Positions 7,701 to 17,004 of a DNA stretch of 64,000 nucleotides are shown here, piece after piece. Each line of letters opens with the position of its first letter. Within the stretch, counting starts at the first letter, position 1. The notes below the pieces were generated by a model. It ran no database searches and had not been told where the DNA came from. It worked only from the letters and a program-made list of their open reading frames with translations. A program made the translations under genes and the position numbers. Source of the stretch: a virus; the IMG/VR virus record IMGVR_UViG_3300042887_001883, positions 1-64,000 of that record. One strand, written 5' to 3'.

Positions 7701-9296
7701 ATAACTGTTAATAATTTAGATGTTTATACAAATCAAACTACTGATGCTATTAATAATCAAACATTAGATTTATTAAAAGGATTTACCAGTATTATGGGTA
7801 ATCCAGATGATGTTAAAAATGCTATTAATAATAATAATTCTGTAATAACTGTTAATAATTTAGATGTTTATACAAATCAAACTACTGATGCTATTAATAA
7901 TCAAACATTAGATTTATTAAAAGGATTTACCAGTATTATGGGTAATCCAGATGATGTTAAGAAAGCTATTGATGATAATACGGCAGCAGTAAAAGAAAAT
8001 ACTACAATATCTACAGATACCGCATCGGGTACTGATAAAAAAATAGAAACATTAACCTCATCTTTTGCGGCAACATTGGTAGCTGGTATACCAGTACATG
8101 CTGATAAACCATTAACTGATTATCAAGTTAAAATGACCGAATTATATATGCAAATGGGTAACAAATTGTCACCCGTTGTTCAATCTGCATATGATTTGGC
8201 TAAAAACATGAAAAATAATGCCACCGTTTCGGATGATACTAAACAATCTGCTACTATCCCTGACGTTATGAAAACAGTAGAAGATAGTAAAAAGATTCAA
8301 GAACAATCTACTATTATTAAAGAGGGTAATATTAGTATTGTTGATGTTAATAATTTAGATATGTATACTAATCAAGTAACCAATTCTATTGATAATCAAA
8401 CATTAGCATTATTAGCTGGATTTACTACTATTATGGGTAATCCTATAGATATACAATCAAATACTGACACAACTAAAGAACAATCTACTAGTTTCTCATT
8501 AAATGAAACCGCACAAAGCATTTTATCATTCCTATCAGAATTAAAAGACTTTGCTGGAATGGTTGGTATTGGTGGGGCAGCGGCAGCAGAAGGTGGTGTA
8601 GCCGCAGTAGGAGCTGCTGGTGTAGGAGCTGCTGGTGTAGGGGCAGCGGCAACGGCAGTATTACCTGAAATCCTTGCAGCATTAGGAATTGCTGGTGGTG
8701 TAGCATTATTTGCTTATGGTGCTAAAGGAATATATGATTATTTCACTGGTGATGGTCAAACGGAAGCTGATAAAGGTGATGCTATTCACGGTATGGTAGA
8801 TGTTAATAATTTAGATATGTATACCAATCAAGTAACTGATTCTATTGATATACAAACTCAAGAATTATTAAAAGGATTTACTACACTTATGGGTAATCCT
8901 ACTAAAATTAATGATATTGATGCTACTACATCATTAATTGATAAACTGGGAACCCCTATATCTACTGACACTTCTATACCGTTGGAAGGGTCAAAGCTAA
9001 CTAACCCTAATAACGGTAATACCAATATTGAACAGCCTACTGGTCCATTACCATCGGAAAAAATTAATAATACTGATATTAGTGTAGCATTAGAGGATTT
9101 AAAGACATTTTTAACGAATGAATTGATTGTTGGAATGTTATCAAAATTTGATGCATTGATTACTAATACTGGGAATACTGCTAAGAATACTGGTGATGAT
9201 GGGACACTTGGAGATTTGGTAGCAACATTAACAAAACCAGCATCTCAACCGTATGTTAGAGGAACGGTTGAGAATGCTGCTACCCTTACAGGGTAG
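4785..9296 (+). CDS. Probable tail tape-measure protein (about 1500 aa)
   Basis: Long helical/coiled-coil ORF with two Ala/Gly-rich hydrophobic segments and five VNNLDxYTNQ..MGNP repeats, near baseplate genes. Start moved to ATG 4785 because the late promoter overlaps the longer call. Confidence 0.65.
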   Translation: MAELNDQYLNSLRVALFQFTRESSNFTSVLSEVFDNLNTSSSQSSRQIDNSTKSVKGFGDAISSSSTYLKDFKSYVSNNSKNIAESSKAVKEYTSQLSELKQKSVDINRNWGALNSALRNNIAASESSTRQHELNKAILSKEYAEADQRFKDARNISGALASDTLALGEAAGKLKKQLDDLTNLQIGKIDLNAQIKTQNQELYKNIYDTFGNSLLTIDSLINEKTSSWKGLKGSIDELARDAFKDTSLNISKEFQKNGIPGLHDYNKALAEALLSLERTGGVIDESNFLIIDKFQQFAEKVGDSSEYVKNINTALNAHVKSIVDGKTPEEAKTSISGDIVDKLTESYQGNIEALDKFSKSINKTFTKHQIAFSTIIDKQLSEQSNIFGKFIYNFGKGAVQGGAGGTEGMTNALNQFTGSLREGILPALKSIALGSKDYITSEAQALFNGIKLDRVSSQKLQEGDSAALKKLGDSKAIWQNMSGGIDDFTKQQLDTSKTFRDVIGVDAEMRTKEFVELMKTQQSLGVLDTSGKGGAENEKKLKDILNEAKKISDAGIYSQTQTLEIFNNTVRSAEFLKVSAGMDKKRRTAQEMEVMTTIKFASALNMSTEAAKAFAIASASAGANLSPQQMISNVATTLKTQNILDYYAKELGVKSEISDIDRSKMTEIENKPAQMRTDQEKEFFNEFLLKMVKQNQDEQARLTELSKEAEARGDKAAVQQYSAMSVQLANQFDTSIAEYSGGEKDIIAAYVKQYPTMDMAKIEKDRKEGETLTQAIVRQMDKKSEEKTTEKDTLYNDTIINLSSLAAQWKAFTENIVGSNILALGTAALGILSVVADLGVLAKMFGGAAAVAEGGAAVAAAGTAAGVAGTAGMGAAAVALLPELLAALGIAGGVALFAYGAKGLYDSFFGEGDKKEDRGDAIHGIVDVNNLDIYTNQTTDAIDTQTQELLKGFTSIMGNPDDVKNAINNNSVITVNNLDVYTNQTTDAINNQTLDLLKGFTSIMGNPDDVKNAINNNNSVITVNNLDVYTNQTTDAINNQTLDLLKGFTSIMGNPDDVKKAIDDNTAAVKENTTISTDTASGTDKKIETLTSSFAATLVAGIPVHADKPLTDYQVKMTELYMQMGNKLSPVVQSAYDLAKNMKNNATVSDDTKQSATIPDVMKTVEDSKKIQEQSTIIKEGNISIVDVNNLDMYTNQVTNSIDNQTLALLAGFTTIMGNPIDIQSNTDTTKEQSTSFSLNETAQSILSFLSELKDFAGMVGIGGAAAAEGGVAAVGAAGVGAAGVGAAATAVLPEILAALGIAGGVALFAYGAKGIYDYFTGDGQTEADKGDAIHGMVDVNNLDMYTNQVTDSIDIQTQELLKGFTTLMGNPTKINDIDATTSLIDKLGTPISTDTSIPLEGSKLTNPNNGNTNIEQPTGPLPSEKINNTDISVALEDLKTFLTNELIVGMLSKFDALITNTGNTAKNTGDDGTLGDLVATLTKPASQPYVRGTVENAATLTG
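7629..7975 (+). repeat. Near-perfect in-frame tandem duplication (141/144-bp units)
   Basis: TTATTAAAAGGATTTACCAGTATTATGGG recurs at 7629, 7770 and 7914. Confidence 0.9.
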
Positions 9297-9299
9297 GTA

Positions 9300-10397
9300 T
9301 TATCTTTGAGGCTGCAATTGTGGGGCAGTTTGTTGATTTTGTTGTTGCGTATTTTGTAATTGTGGAGCTGTACGTTGTGCTTCTTTGGTTTTATTAGCCA
9401 ATTGTTGTTGCAGACGTTTAATTTGGTCATCAAATACTTTTGCAGCTCTATTTTTACGAACATTTAAATCTGCAATTTGGGTATTGATATTATTAATATC
9501 TGTAGTTGTATCTTCTGTCATTAAATCTAATAGATTCATCTTGTTCTCATAGGTTGCGTTAGTATTGATTTCATTGCGATATTTGGCTAATTTAGCCAAT
9601 CTATCTTCTTCTTTTTTAGATTCAGATTGTTTTTTGAAATGTTCCTCAGCTCTAAGCATATCTTCTTCATTTTTGACTTTCATGTTTGTCATTTGAATAG
9701 CTAATTTAGCCTGTTCGGCTTCAGCTTCTTTAGCTTTTGCATTAGATTCTGCTGCTTTTGCATCGGCATCGGCTCGTAACATGTCAATAACTTTCAATAA
9801 TATACTTTGGTTATCATTACTACCGATATCTTCTACAGGAGGTTCTAAATTATCACCACCTTCCCCTCCGGGTAAGGTATCTTCGCCTGCTGCACCGGTA
9901 GTAGTATCTTCAGGATTTTCGCCTTCGGCACCATCTGGATTCTCTAATTTATTATCAACTTCTTCATCTTCTGGTAATTTAGGCCAGACTACATGAATGA
10001 TGTTGAAAGAATTTCTAAGGTTAAAAAGGATTTCGGCAACATCGGTTTGTTCATCATCTTGTAATAATTCACCGAGAGCATGTTTAAATTCTTCATCTTG
10101 TTCTTTATCAACATATACTTTAGTGATGTTACCATCAGAATCTTCGATACCATAGGCTACGGTATTTTTTTTCATTTCATTACTTTTTTCAGCATCATCT
10201 AATTTTGAGATGACATCTGTACTGGCGAATGTATTAGATTTTACATCTTCGGACAGTTTTGTAATTTTTGGAATTTTTTTAAATTTGGTACCTTTTGTAG
10301 TTCTTTTAATGATACCGCCAAATAGTGAGCCACGAGCACCGGCTACATTAGCTGTGCTAATTTCACCATCTTCTTGTAAAAAATCAATAAATTTCAT
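9300..10397 (-). CDS. Hypothetical acidic/coiled-coil protein, probable internal head or core protein
   Basis: Leader MKFIDFLQE|D, internal sites KLSE|D and LMTE|D, acidic linker and coiled-coil C-terminus. Late promoter upstream. Confidence 0.6.
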   Translation of the reverse strand: MKFIDFLQEDGEISTANVAGARGSLFGGIIKRTTKGTKFKKIPKITKLSEDVKSNTFASTDVISKLDDAEKSNEMKKNTVAYGIEDSDGNITKVYVDKEQDEEFKHALGELLQDDEQTDVAEILFNLRNSFNIIHVVWPKLPEDEEVDNKLENPDGAEGENPEDTTTGAAGEDTLPGGEGGDNLEPPVEDIGSNDNQSILLKVIDMLRADADAKAAESNAKAKEAEAEQAKLAIQMTNMKVKNEEDMLRAEEHFKKQSESKKEEDRLAKLAKYRNEINTNATYENKMNLLDLMTEDTTTDINNINTQIADLNVRKNRAAKVFDDQIKRLQQQLANKTKEAQRTAPQLQNTQQQNQQTAPQLQPQR

Positions 10398-10435
10398 GTG
10401 TATACCTTATATTATGTATTACCAACAGGGTCAAT

Positions 10436-10451
10436 ATATTTATATAAATAT
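10436..10451. promoter_or_regulatory. Overlapping divergent late promoters forming a perfect 16-bp palindrome
   Basis: ATATTTATATAAATAT contains TATAAATA on both strands, between divergent genes. Confidence 0.8.
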
Positions 10452-10481
10452 TCATGCTTAATTTTAATAGGATTATAAAGA

Positions 10482-13400
10482 ATGTATCACCCATCAAACA
10501 CCCCATATAATACTATAGCTGAAGGAATCGTACATGATACCAATGACCCACAACGTAGAGGCAGAATTAAAGTTTTTTGTCCAGTATTTGGGGATATTCC
10601 GGGTACCTTAGTAGAAGATTTACCATGGTGTAGATATATTACCCCATATGGAGGCATGGTAAATTCTGATGTAATGGGTAGAGGGCCTTCTGATACCCCA
10701 ACTGATGGTAGTGTAGCTTATGGAATGTGGGCTATCCCTAAAATTGGGACGATGGTGGCGGTAATGTGTTTAAATGGAGATGCCTCCCGTAGGGTATATA
10801 TTGGATGTATGCCACCAGCATATTCTGAACATACTTTACCACATGGTAGATTTATTGAAAATGATGGCCCATTATCATCATCAGAAAAACCCATTCAGCC
10901 ATTATATGATAATATGAAGAAGGCTTTTGGTAAGGATAGGGCAAAATTTGAATATCAAACCAGAGGTATGGATTATAGTGTTACTGGATTATCCCAAAAG
11001 AATATTGATGCAGGATTAACTAATTCTAAGAAAAAGGATGAAAAAATAGGATATAAGAAATCTAGGATTCAACCTGATTTAAAATATAATGATAGGGAGG
11101 ATGATACTAATTATGATAGTCAAACATGGTCCTTTACTACCCCAGGATTCCATTCTATATCAATGGATGATAGTCAGGACAATAGTAGAATAAGAATAAG
11201 AACATCTAGTGGGCACAATATTATATTTGATGATACTAATGAGAGGATTTATATTAACACTGCCGAAGGCAATAATTGGATAGAATTGGACCAAAATGGT
11301 TCTATTGACATTTATTCTAGTAAATCAATATCTATCAATTCTGATGAGGATATTAATTTAAATGCTAAGAAAGCTATTAGGATGCATGCTAATGATATTC
11401 ATATTAATGCGGATAATGATGTAAATGTAACAGCAGTTAAGGATATTAATATAAATGCTGAAAATATTGCATCGACAGCTAAAGAAGAATATTCTATAAA
11501 AACCAAAAATTTGGATATGTTTATCAAGAATGCTTTGAAGGTTACTGCAAAAACCATTGGTATACGTGGTAAAGATGCAATGAGTTTATCTAGTAAGAAA
11601 AGTATATTAAAAGGTACTGATACCTTATTCATGAAAGGTGATAAAACTAGTGTTACTGGTTCGAGTATCATGGATGTGTTTGGTAAAAAAATAAATATTA
11701 AGGGTGAAACTATTGTTAATATGAATGGTAAGGTGGTGGATGTTTCTGCATCACAATCATTGATAACAACAGGTCCTAAAATTGTATCTACTGTTAAAAC
11801 GGTAGAAATACCGGCTGCTGACCCGAATGCCTCTGCGGATGCTGCACCTATTGAGCAACCAGTTACCGAAACACCAGATGTTTTGGGTTCTATGACTGAT
11901 GATGCTAAACAAACAATTACTGATGAAACCGGATTGACTGAGGATGACTTTGGTGGAATGTCTGGTTCTGATTTTAGTGATGCTATTCAAGGTATGATGG
12001 CTATTCCAGAATCTGGTACTGCTATGAATAATGTTTTATCATCATTATCCCCAGAAGAATTAAACAATGTATTACAAAATACTACAGATTTATCACAATT
12101 AATTAATAATGTTCCTGATATTGCGAATATATTAAATTCTATGAATCCAGCAGATTTAGAAAATTTAATAAAAGATAATCCTGATGTTGCAGATACCTTA
12201 GCAAACTTAGATTCTGGTGGAGATGTATTGAAAAATATCCCGGATATTGGTGATACCTTAGAAAATATGGATGACCTTAATAATATGGTTGATAATATGA
12301 ATAGTGATTCCGTTGGTGATTTGTTATCAAATGTATCTAGTGCTAATATGGATAATGTATTTGATAAATCATCTGACACTAATACCTTATTATCAAAAAT
12401 ACCTAGTAAGGATATGGGGAAAATATTAAGTAATGCCACCCCATCAAAGGCAGCATCATTATTGATGAATAGTTCTGATACCAATAATATTATTTCTAAT
12501 ATTCCATCATCCGATAGAGCTTCATTATTTGAACGGATGGATTCTGATACTATTGGTCAAATAATGGGTAATGTATCTGATGATAATATAGGGGAAACAC
12601 TATCAACATTATCATCTAGTAAAGTTAATGAAGTTGTTCAACAGTTACCAGTATCAGTATTTGGTAATGCACTATCAAAAATATCCACTAATAAATTAGA
12701 TAATTTGGATGATATTGATAATGTGAATATGGATGATATTAAATCTAGTATTGCTACTGAATCATTTAATGATGAAAATATGACGAAGGCAGATATTGGT
12801 GAAACATTAGCTAATATGGATGTTGATGAGTTAGAAAATACATTAGATAATTTAGATGATGTTGGTGAAACATTATCCACTATTCCAGGATGTCATGCTG
12901 GTAGTGTTTTACGAAAAATAAATGACCCTAATTCATTATTAAAAACATTATCTAGTAAACATGTTGGTAATATTCTCACAAATGCCCCTGGTGGGGATGT
13001 AACAGAAATTAGTGATAATGGTACGGGTGAGGTGTTATCTAATCTTGATGGTGATGATTTGGGTAATATTATGAATAATATGACTGGTGCTGATGTTAGT
13101 AGCATGTTGAACAGTATGCCAGATTATAGTAGTAAAGTATTTTCAAATATTCCGGGTTCTGCATTAGCTGAGATTGTTGGTAAAATACCAGAACAAGATA
13201 TTAATGATATCATATCTAATATGTCAGATAATGAAATAATAGATAAAGTATCATCTTTGAGTCCTACAGAAATGGGAGATTTTTTGGCAGCATTACCAAG
13301 TAATTTAGCATCAGATATTTTAGATAAGATGAACAATAGCAATATAGATAATTTATCATCATCTATTTCCCCTGATGCATTAGGTAATATGGTTAGTGGT

Positions 13401-13580
13401 ATGGAATATGATAGTGATGCTATTTCTATTACTGCAAAAATTGCAGCATATCCTTCAAGAATCCCACTTCATGAACCATGGGGACGAACAGATACTAAGA
13501 GTGATGATGATATGTCACCTAAATATGATTATGATTCTATAGAAAAAGATTCAACCCGTAACAAATATTGGAAAAGATAA
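10482..13580 (+). CDS. gp5: Baseplate hub / central spike (gp5/VgrG-like) with a large helical-repeat insertion and no lysozyme domain
   Basis: OB-fold motifs DP.RRGRIKVFCP, LPWC and YGMWAIPKIGT.V.V. Then RTSSGH..FDD..ERIYI..GNNWIELD, beta-helix-like repeats and a C-terminal RIPLHEPW. Confidence 0.85.
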   Translation: MYHPSNTPYNTIAEGIVHDTNDPQRRGRIKVFCPVFGDIPGTLVEDLPWCRYITPYGGMVNSDVMGRGPSDTPTDGSVAYGMWAIPKIGTMVAVMCLNGDASRRVYIGCMPPAYSEHTLPHGRFIENDGPLSSSEKPIQPLYDNMKKAFGKDRAKFEYQTRGMDYSVTGLSQKNIDAGLTNSKKKDEKIGYKKSRIQPDLKYNDREDDTNYDSQTWSFTTPGFHSISMDDSQDNSRIRIRTSSGHNIIFDDTNERIYINTAEGNNWIELDQNGSIDIYSSKSISINSDEDINLNAKKAIRMHANDIHINADNDVNVTAVKDININAENIASTAKEEYSIKTKNLDMFIKNALKVTAKTIGIRGKDAMSLSSKKSILKGTDTLFMKGDKTSVTGSSIMDVFGKKINIKGETIVNMNGKVVDVSASQSLITTGPKIVSTVKTVEIPAADPNASADAAPIEQPVTETPDVLGSMTDDAKQTITDETGLTEDDFGGMSGSDFSDAIQGMMAIPESGTAMNNVLSSLSPEELNNVLQNTTDLSQLINNVPDIANILNSMNPADLENLIKDNPDVADTLANLDSGGDVLKNIPDIGDTLENMDDLNNMVDNMNSDSVGDLLSNVSSANMDNVFDKSSDTNTLLSKIPSKDMGKILSNATPSKAASLLMNSSDTNNIISNIPSSDRASLFERMDSDTIGQIMGNVSDDNIGETLSTLSSSKVNEVVQQLPVSVFGNALSKISTNKLDNLDDIDNVNMDDIKSSIATESFNDENMTKADIGETLANMDVDELENTLDNLDDVGETLSTIPGCHAGSVLRKINDPNSLLKTLSSKHVGNILTNAPGGDVTEISDNGTGEVLSNLDGDDLGNIMNNMTGADVSSMLNSMPDYSSKVFSNIPGSALAEIVGKIPEQDINDIISNMSDNEIIDKVSSLSPTEMGDFLAALPSNLASDILDKMNNSNIDNLSSSISPDALGNMVSGMEYDSDAISITAKIAAYPSRIPLHEPWGRTDTKSDDDMSPKYDYDSIEKDSTRNKYWKR

Positions 13581-14038
13581 TGGCATTATATAAAGGTTTT
13601 TCAAGTATCGATTATAAATCTGGTACAATTGCAAAAGGGGTATTCCCATCTAGTAATGAATTGAAGACGATGGCACCTATAGAAACATCATTAGGATTAG
13701 AATATTCTGGTAATAATACATTTATATTAACAGATATTCAATTAGTAGAACGAAATATCATGAATCATATATTTACAAAGAAGGGTTCAAGATTAATGAT
13801 GCCCAAATTTGGTTCAATAATTCCAGATTTATTATTTGAACCTATGGACGAAGATACTATTTTTAGATGTAAATCAGAATTGGAAAAAGTGGTTAATTAT
13901 GACCCTAGGGTAAAATTAAATGGTATTATTGTGACACCGGTATATGATTCTAATGTATTAAATGTCACACTTAATCTATATTATATAGAATTAAATGTGA
14001 CACAAAATATGAATTTTAATTTAGAATTTTTAGGATAG
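13580..14038 (+). CDS. gp25: Baseplate wedge protein gp25-like
   Basis: LTD..LV.RNIMNHIFTKKGSRLMMPKFGS.I.DLLFEP...YDPRV. Start overlaps the gp5 stop (TAATG). Confidence 0.92.
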   Translation: MALYKGFSSIDYKSGTIAKGVFPSSNELKTMAPIETSLGLEYSGNNTFILTDIQLVERNIMNHIFTKKGSRLMMPKFGSIIPDLLFEPMDEDTIFRCKSELEKVVNYDPRVKLNGIIVTPVYDSNVLNVTLNLYYIELNVTQNMNFNLEFLG

Positions 14039-15073
14039 ACCTAACGATGCTAGAGTATCATTTAATGCAAATGCTGCTCTAACACCAGGTTTAGAATTTA
14101 ATAATGTTTGTTGTGATTTATATGTCCAACCGGATGGAGTACGGGTGAATTGTCCAATTATATAAGTAGTATTTGGAGTGTTTGACACATTTTTAGTTAT
14201 TGTATTAAGGTTAAAATTTGCAATATCTACATTAGGATTTACCGTAGTATCAACAATTCTTGAAGTTAATGATGTCATCAGACCAAAAGAATCACTGGTA
14301 TATTCAAGCATTCCCAATAATATAGTATCATATGGTATTATAGTTAAATCAATATCATATGATTCTTCTGTTCCCCCTTGTTGTATATCACCATTATAAG
14401 TTAATCCGGTATAAGAACCAAATGCACCCCCTACTGCTGTTTTATACATCTCACATAACCCAGTTGAGCCATAACCAACAACTACAGAATCTAAATCTAC
14501 GGCCCCACCCCAAGTCATACCAAATTTAATAGTGTTGTAGTTGATGGCAACTACTCCTGGTGGTAATGCAGCAGTGGTGGTAGTAGTAGGAGCTTCTGTT
14601 GATGTAGTTGTGGTTGGTGCAGCAGTAGTTGTGGTAGTAGGAGCTGCTGTCGATGTAGTTGTGGTTGGTGCAGCAGTAGTTGTGGTAGTAGGAGCTGCTG
14701 TCGATGTAGTTGTGGTTGGTGCAGCAGTAGTTGTGGTAGTAGGAGCTGCTGTCGATGTAGTTGTGGTAGTAGGCATCTCTTCATATGATACTTGCATCCA
14801 CGGACCATCTGGATATTCCTTACCAGTATACAGTTTTAACATATCCTTACTATTATCATACCAAAGCATCCCAATTATCGGGTGTGGTGGAGCTTCCCCA
14901 CTACAAAAGTTCTCTAATAGGTAATATAAGTTGTTTTGAAATTGTTGACCATATTCTCTAAAATTTTTACCATAAAGTGTTATTGGTAAATTACTATCAG
15001 TATCATATGGTTCTATAATATCATTTTGTGCTACTTGTAGTGTAGCACTACCAGAGGTTTTTAACTTATACAT
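14030..15073 (-). CDS. Fibre/appendage protein: shared N-terminal anchor, Thr-rich stalk, TerD-like C-terminal domain
   Basis: ITLYGKN..YG..NNLYYLLENF..P..GMLWYD, then TTTTAAP repeats, then GMTWGGAVDLD..GD..EE.Y.IDL..F..L..RIVD..F.L..IGQFTR..GW. Confidence 0.75.
   Translation of the reverse strand: MYKLKTSGSATLQVAQNDIIEPYDTDSNLPITLYGKNFREYGQQFQNNLYYLLENFCSGEAPPHPIIGMLWYDNSKDMLKLYTGKEYPDGPWMQVSYEEMPTTTTTSTAAPTTTTTAAPTTTTSTAAPTTTTTAAPTTTTSTAAPTTTTTAAPTTTTSTEAPTTTTTAALPPGVVAINYNTIKFGMTWGGAVDLDSVVVGYGSTGLCEMYKTAVGGAFGSYTGLTYNGDIQQGGTEESYDIDLTIIPYDTILLGMLEYTSDSFGLMTSLTSRIVDTTVNPNVDIANFNLNTITKNVSNTPNTTYIIGQFTRTPSGWTYKSQQTLLNSKPGVRAAFALNDTLASLGLS
14601..14753. repeat. Three perfect 51-bp tandem repeats encoding the Thr/Ala/Pro stalk
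   Basis: Unit GATGTAGTTGTGGTTGGTGCAGCAGTAGTTGTGGTAGTAGGAGCTGCTGTC at 14601, 14652 and 14703. Confidence 0.95.
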
Positions 15074-15078
15074 TATTA

Positions 15079-16923
15079 TTACTCATTAAAAAATCTACCA
15101 GATTGGCCAGTGACATAATTATAATATAATTTATACAAGGTAGCCGTCGAACTAGCTGCTGGATATGTTATTGATTGTATTCCGGAAATAGGACTACCTG
15201 CAATTATTGCAGAAATATCAGAAACACCAGTTATTGTATTTTTAACATTTATTAAACTATATGTATACGTTTGTGCGAGTTTTTTATTATTATTCATAGT
15301 TAATAACAAATACATATCATCAGTAGTATTAGTAATTTTCCCACAATAAATAACATCTAATATTACGGTAGCACTTAATGTAGGAGTAGGTACTCTTTCA
15401 TCGGTAACAGATGTAGGTTTATCAATACTTGTTCCTATATTCGAAGTAAGACCAGTTACTGAAGTTCCCGTGGAACTTATTGCATGGCAACGTAATTCTA
15501 CATCCATAATAGTAAAACATACCTGATTTTGTGATATTCTACTATTTGATTTAAAATGTATAGGAAATGTATTATTTAATATCAAATAACCTTTATTTGA
15601 TAGGTTATAAGTAATTTGGTCACCTGCGAGATTAACACCATAAAAATTAATATCATAATTGGTGTTTTTAGATATAAAAATTTGTTTTTGTAGGTTATAA
15701 CCATCATTTGGTGTGTCTAAAATGGTGATATTAGATGAAGATAATGCATTGGTAGGATAGGTAGTTGTTGTTTTAGCCACACTATCGTATATTTTAACTT
15801 GTTGAGCATTATTACCGTTGGCGATAGTATCAACAATATAACCAGTATCATCAATTTTTTTAGTATTTGCAGTTATGGTAATATCAGATAATGATGTGTC
15901 TATTGATGATGATAAATTGCCATCAACATTAACAATATATTTCACTAATTTGTATTCTGTTATCCCTATATTCTTAGGTGGTAATGTCATTATTTGCGAG
16001 AATGACATATAATCTGATGATACTATCAAACTATTAGGTATATTGGTACATGCATAGTTACCTAATGCATTATTTAACGTTATTAAACTTCCGGTGGATT
16101 TAACGGTTTTTGTAGAATCATATACAATATAAGAACCATAATTATAAGTATCGATGAAAATATCATATACATTATTAACAAAATCTTTTAATGCTATGTG
16201 TGTTAAACGGTCAAACGAATTTATAATTTTTGGTACAATCGCGGGAGGCGGTATAAAGGTGATAGTTGCATCATATGATGGACTACTAACCATATCAGCA
16301 ATATTTCCAGTTAGACCAGTAAATGCACTAATATTAAATGATACTTTGAAAATGGTCGTATTCATATTAAATAATGGTGACGAACCAGTAAATGATATTT
16401 CTACAGTAGATGATGTAACATCAACTTTTGGTATTAACCCAGTAGGGACATTAGTAATATTATAATCGGTACCATTAACTAATGTTGTTTTAAAGGTAGT
16501 ACCAGATAAAGTGGCTGTTAGCTTTCCAACTACTATTCCAGTATTTGCCGAAGTTTCTGCAAAATCTACTACGGTCCATGTTATTTTATTAGCTGAAGAT
16601 AATGGTGGGGCAGATGATGCTAATGATGGTATATAATCCACTTTTAACCATGGTCCCCTAGGGTAGGATTCACCGGTGAACAATTTTAAATATTTTAGTG
16701 CTGAATCGTACCATAACATTCCTACGGCAGGATTTAACGGTGCATCTTCTCCACAAAAATTTTCTAATAGATAGAAAAAATTGTTTTGTAATTCTTGACC
16801 ATAATTTGGTCTACCTTGCCCATATAAAGTTAATGGTAATTTTGCATTTTTTGCTACTGATGTTAATTGTTTAACAACAATTTCAGCATCAGCATCTCTA
16901 TCTAGTTGTAAATTATATTGCAT
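15079..16923 (-). CDS. Fibre/appendage protein: shared anchor, adhesin-type Ig-like domain, beta-rich C-terminal region
   Basis: LTLYGQG..YGQELQNNFFYLLENF..P.NPAVGMLWYD, then FAETSANTG..G.LTATLSGTTF..NVPTGL. Start set at ATG 16923. Confidence 0.75.
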   Translation of the reverse strand: MQYNLQLDRDADAEIVVKQLTSVAKNAKLPLTLYGQGRPNYGQELQNNFFYLLENFCGEDAPLNPAVGMLWYDSALKYLKLFTGESYPRGPWLKVDYIPSLASSAPPLSSANKITWTVVDFAETSANTGIVVGKLTATLSGTTFKTTLVNGTDYNITNVPTGLIPKVDVTSSTVEISFTGSSPLFNMNTTIFKVSFNISAFTGLTGNIADMVSSPSYDATITFIPPPAIVPKIINSFDRLTHIALKDFVNNVYDIFIDTYNYGSYIVYDSTKTVKSTGSLITLNNALGNYACTNIPNSLIVSSDYMSFSQIMTLPPKNIGITEYKLVKYIVNVDGNLSSSIDTSLSDITITANTKKIDDTGYIVDTIANGNNAQQVKIYDSVAKTTTTYPTNALSSSNITILDTPNDGYNLQKQIFISKNTNYDINFYGVNLAGDQITYNLSNKGYLILNNTFPIHFKSNSRISQNQVCFTIMDVELRCHAISSTGTSVTGLTSNIGTSIDKPTSVTDERVPTPTLSATVILDVIYCGKITNTTDDMYLLLTMNNNKKLAQTYTYSLINVKNTITGVSDISAIIAGSPISGIQSITYPAASSTATLYKLYYNYVTGQSGRFFNE

Positions 16924-16952
16924 TATAGAAATCCTCAGAATTATCTCTGCAT

Positions 16953-16967
16953 TATTTATTATAAATA
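16953..16967. promoter_or_regulatory. Back-to-back late promoters
   Basis: TATTTATT (minus-strand AATAAATA) abutting TATAAATA (16960-16967), between divergent genes. Confidence 0.7.
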
Positions 16968-17004
16968 TAGCATAATCCATTTTTTAGGAAATTGTTTAAA
17001 TATT

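Noticed and set aside
14541-14924. Val-rich antisense ORFs (also 26182-26583, 27682-28185, 30375-30587, 58247-58441) as membrane proteins
   Set aside because: They are reverse-complement shadows of the Thr-rich stalks, with no independent RBS or promoter.
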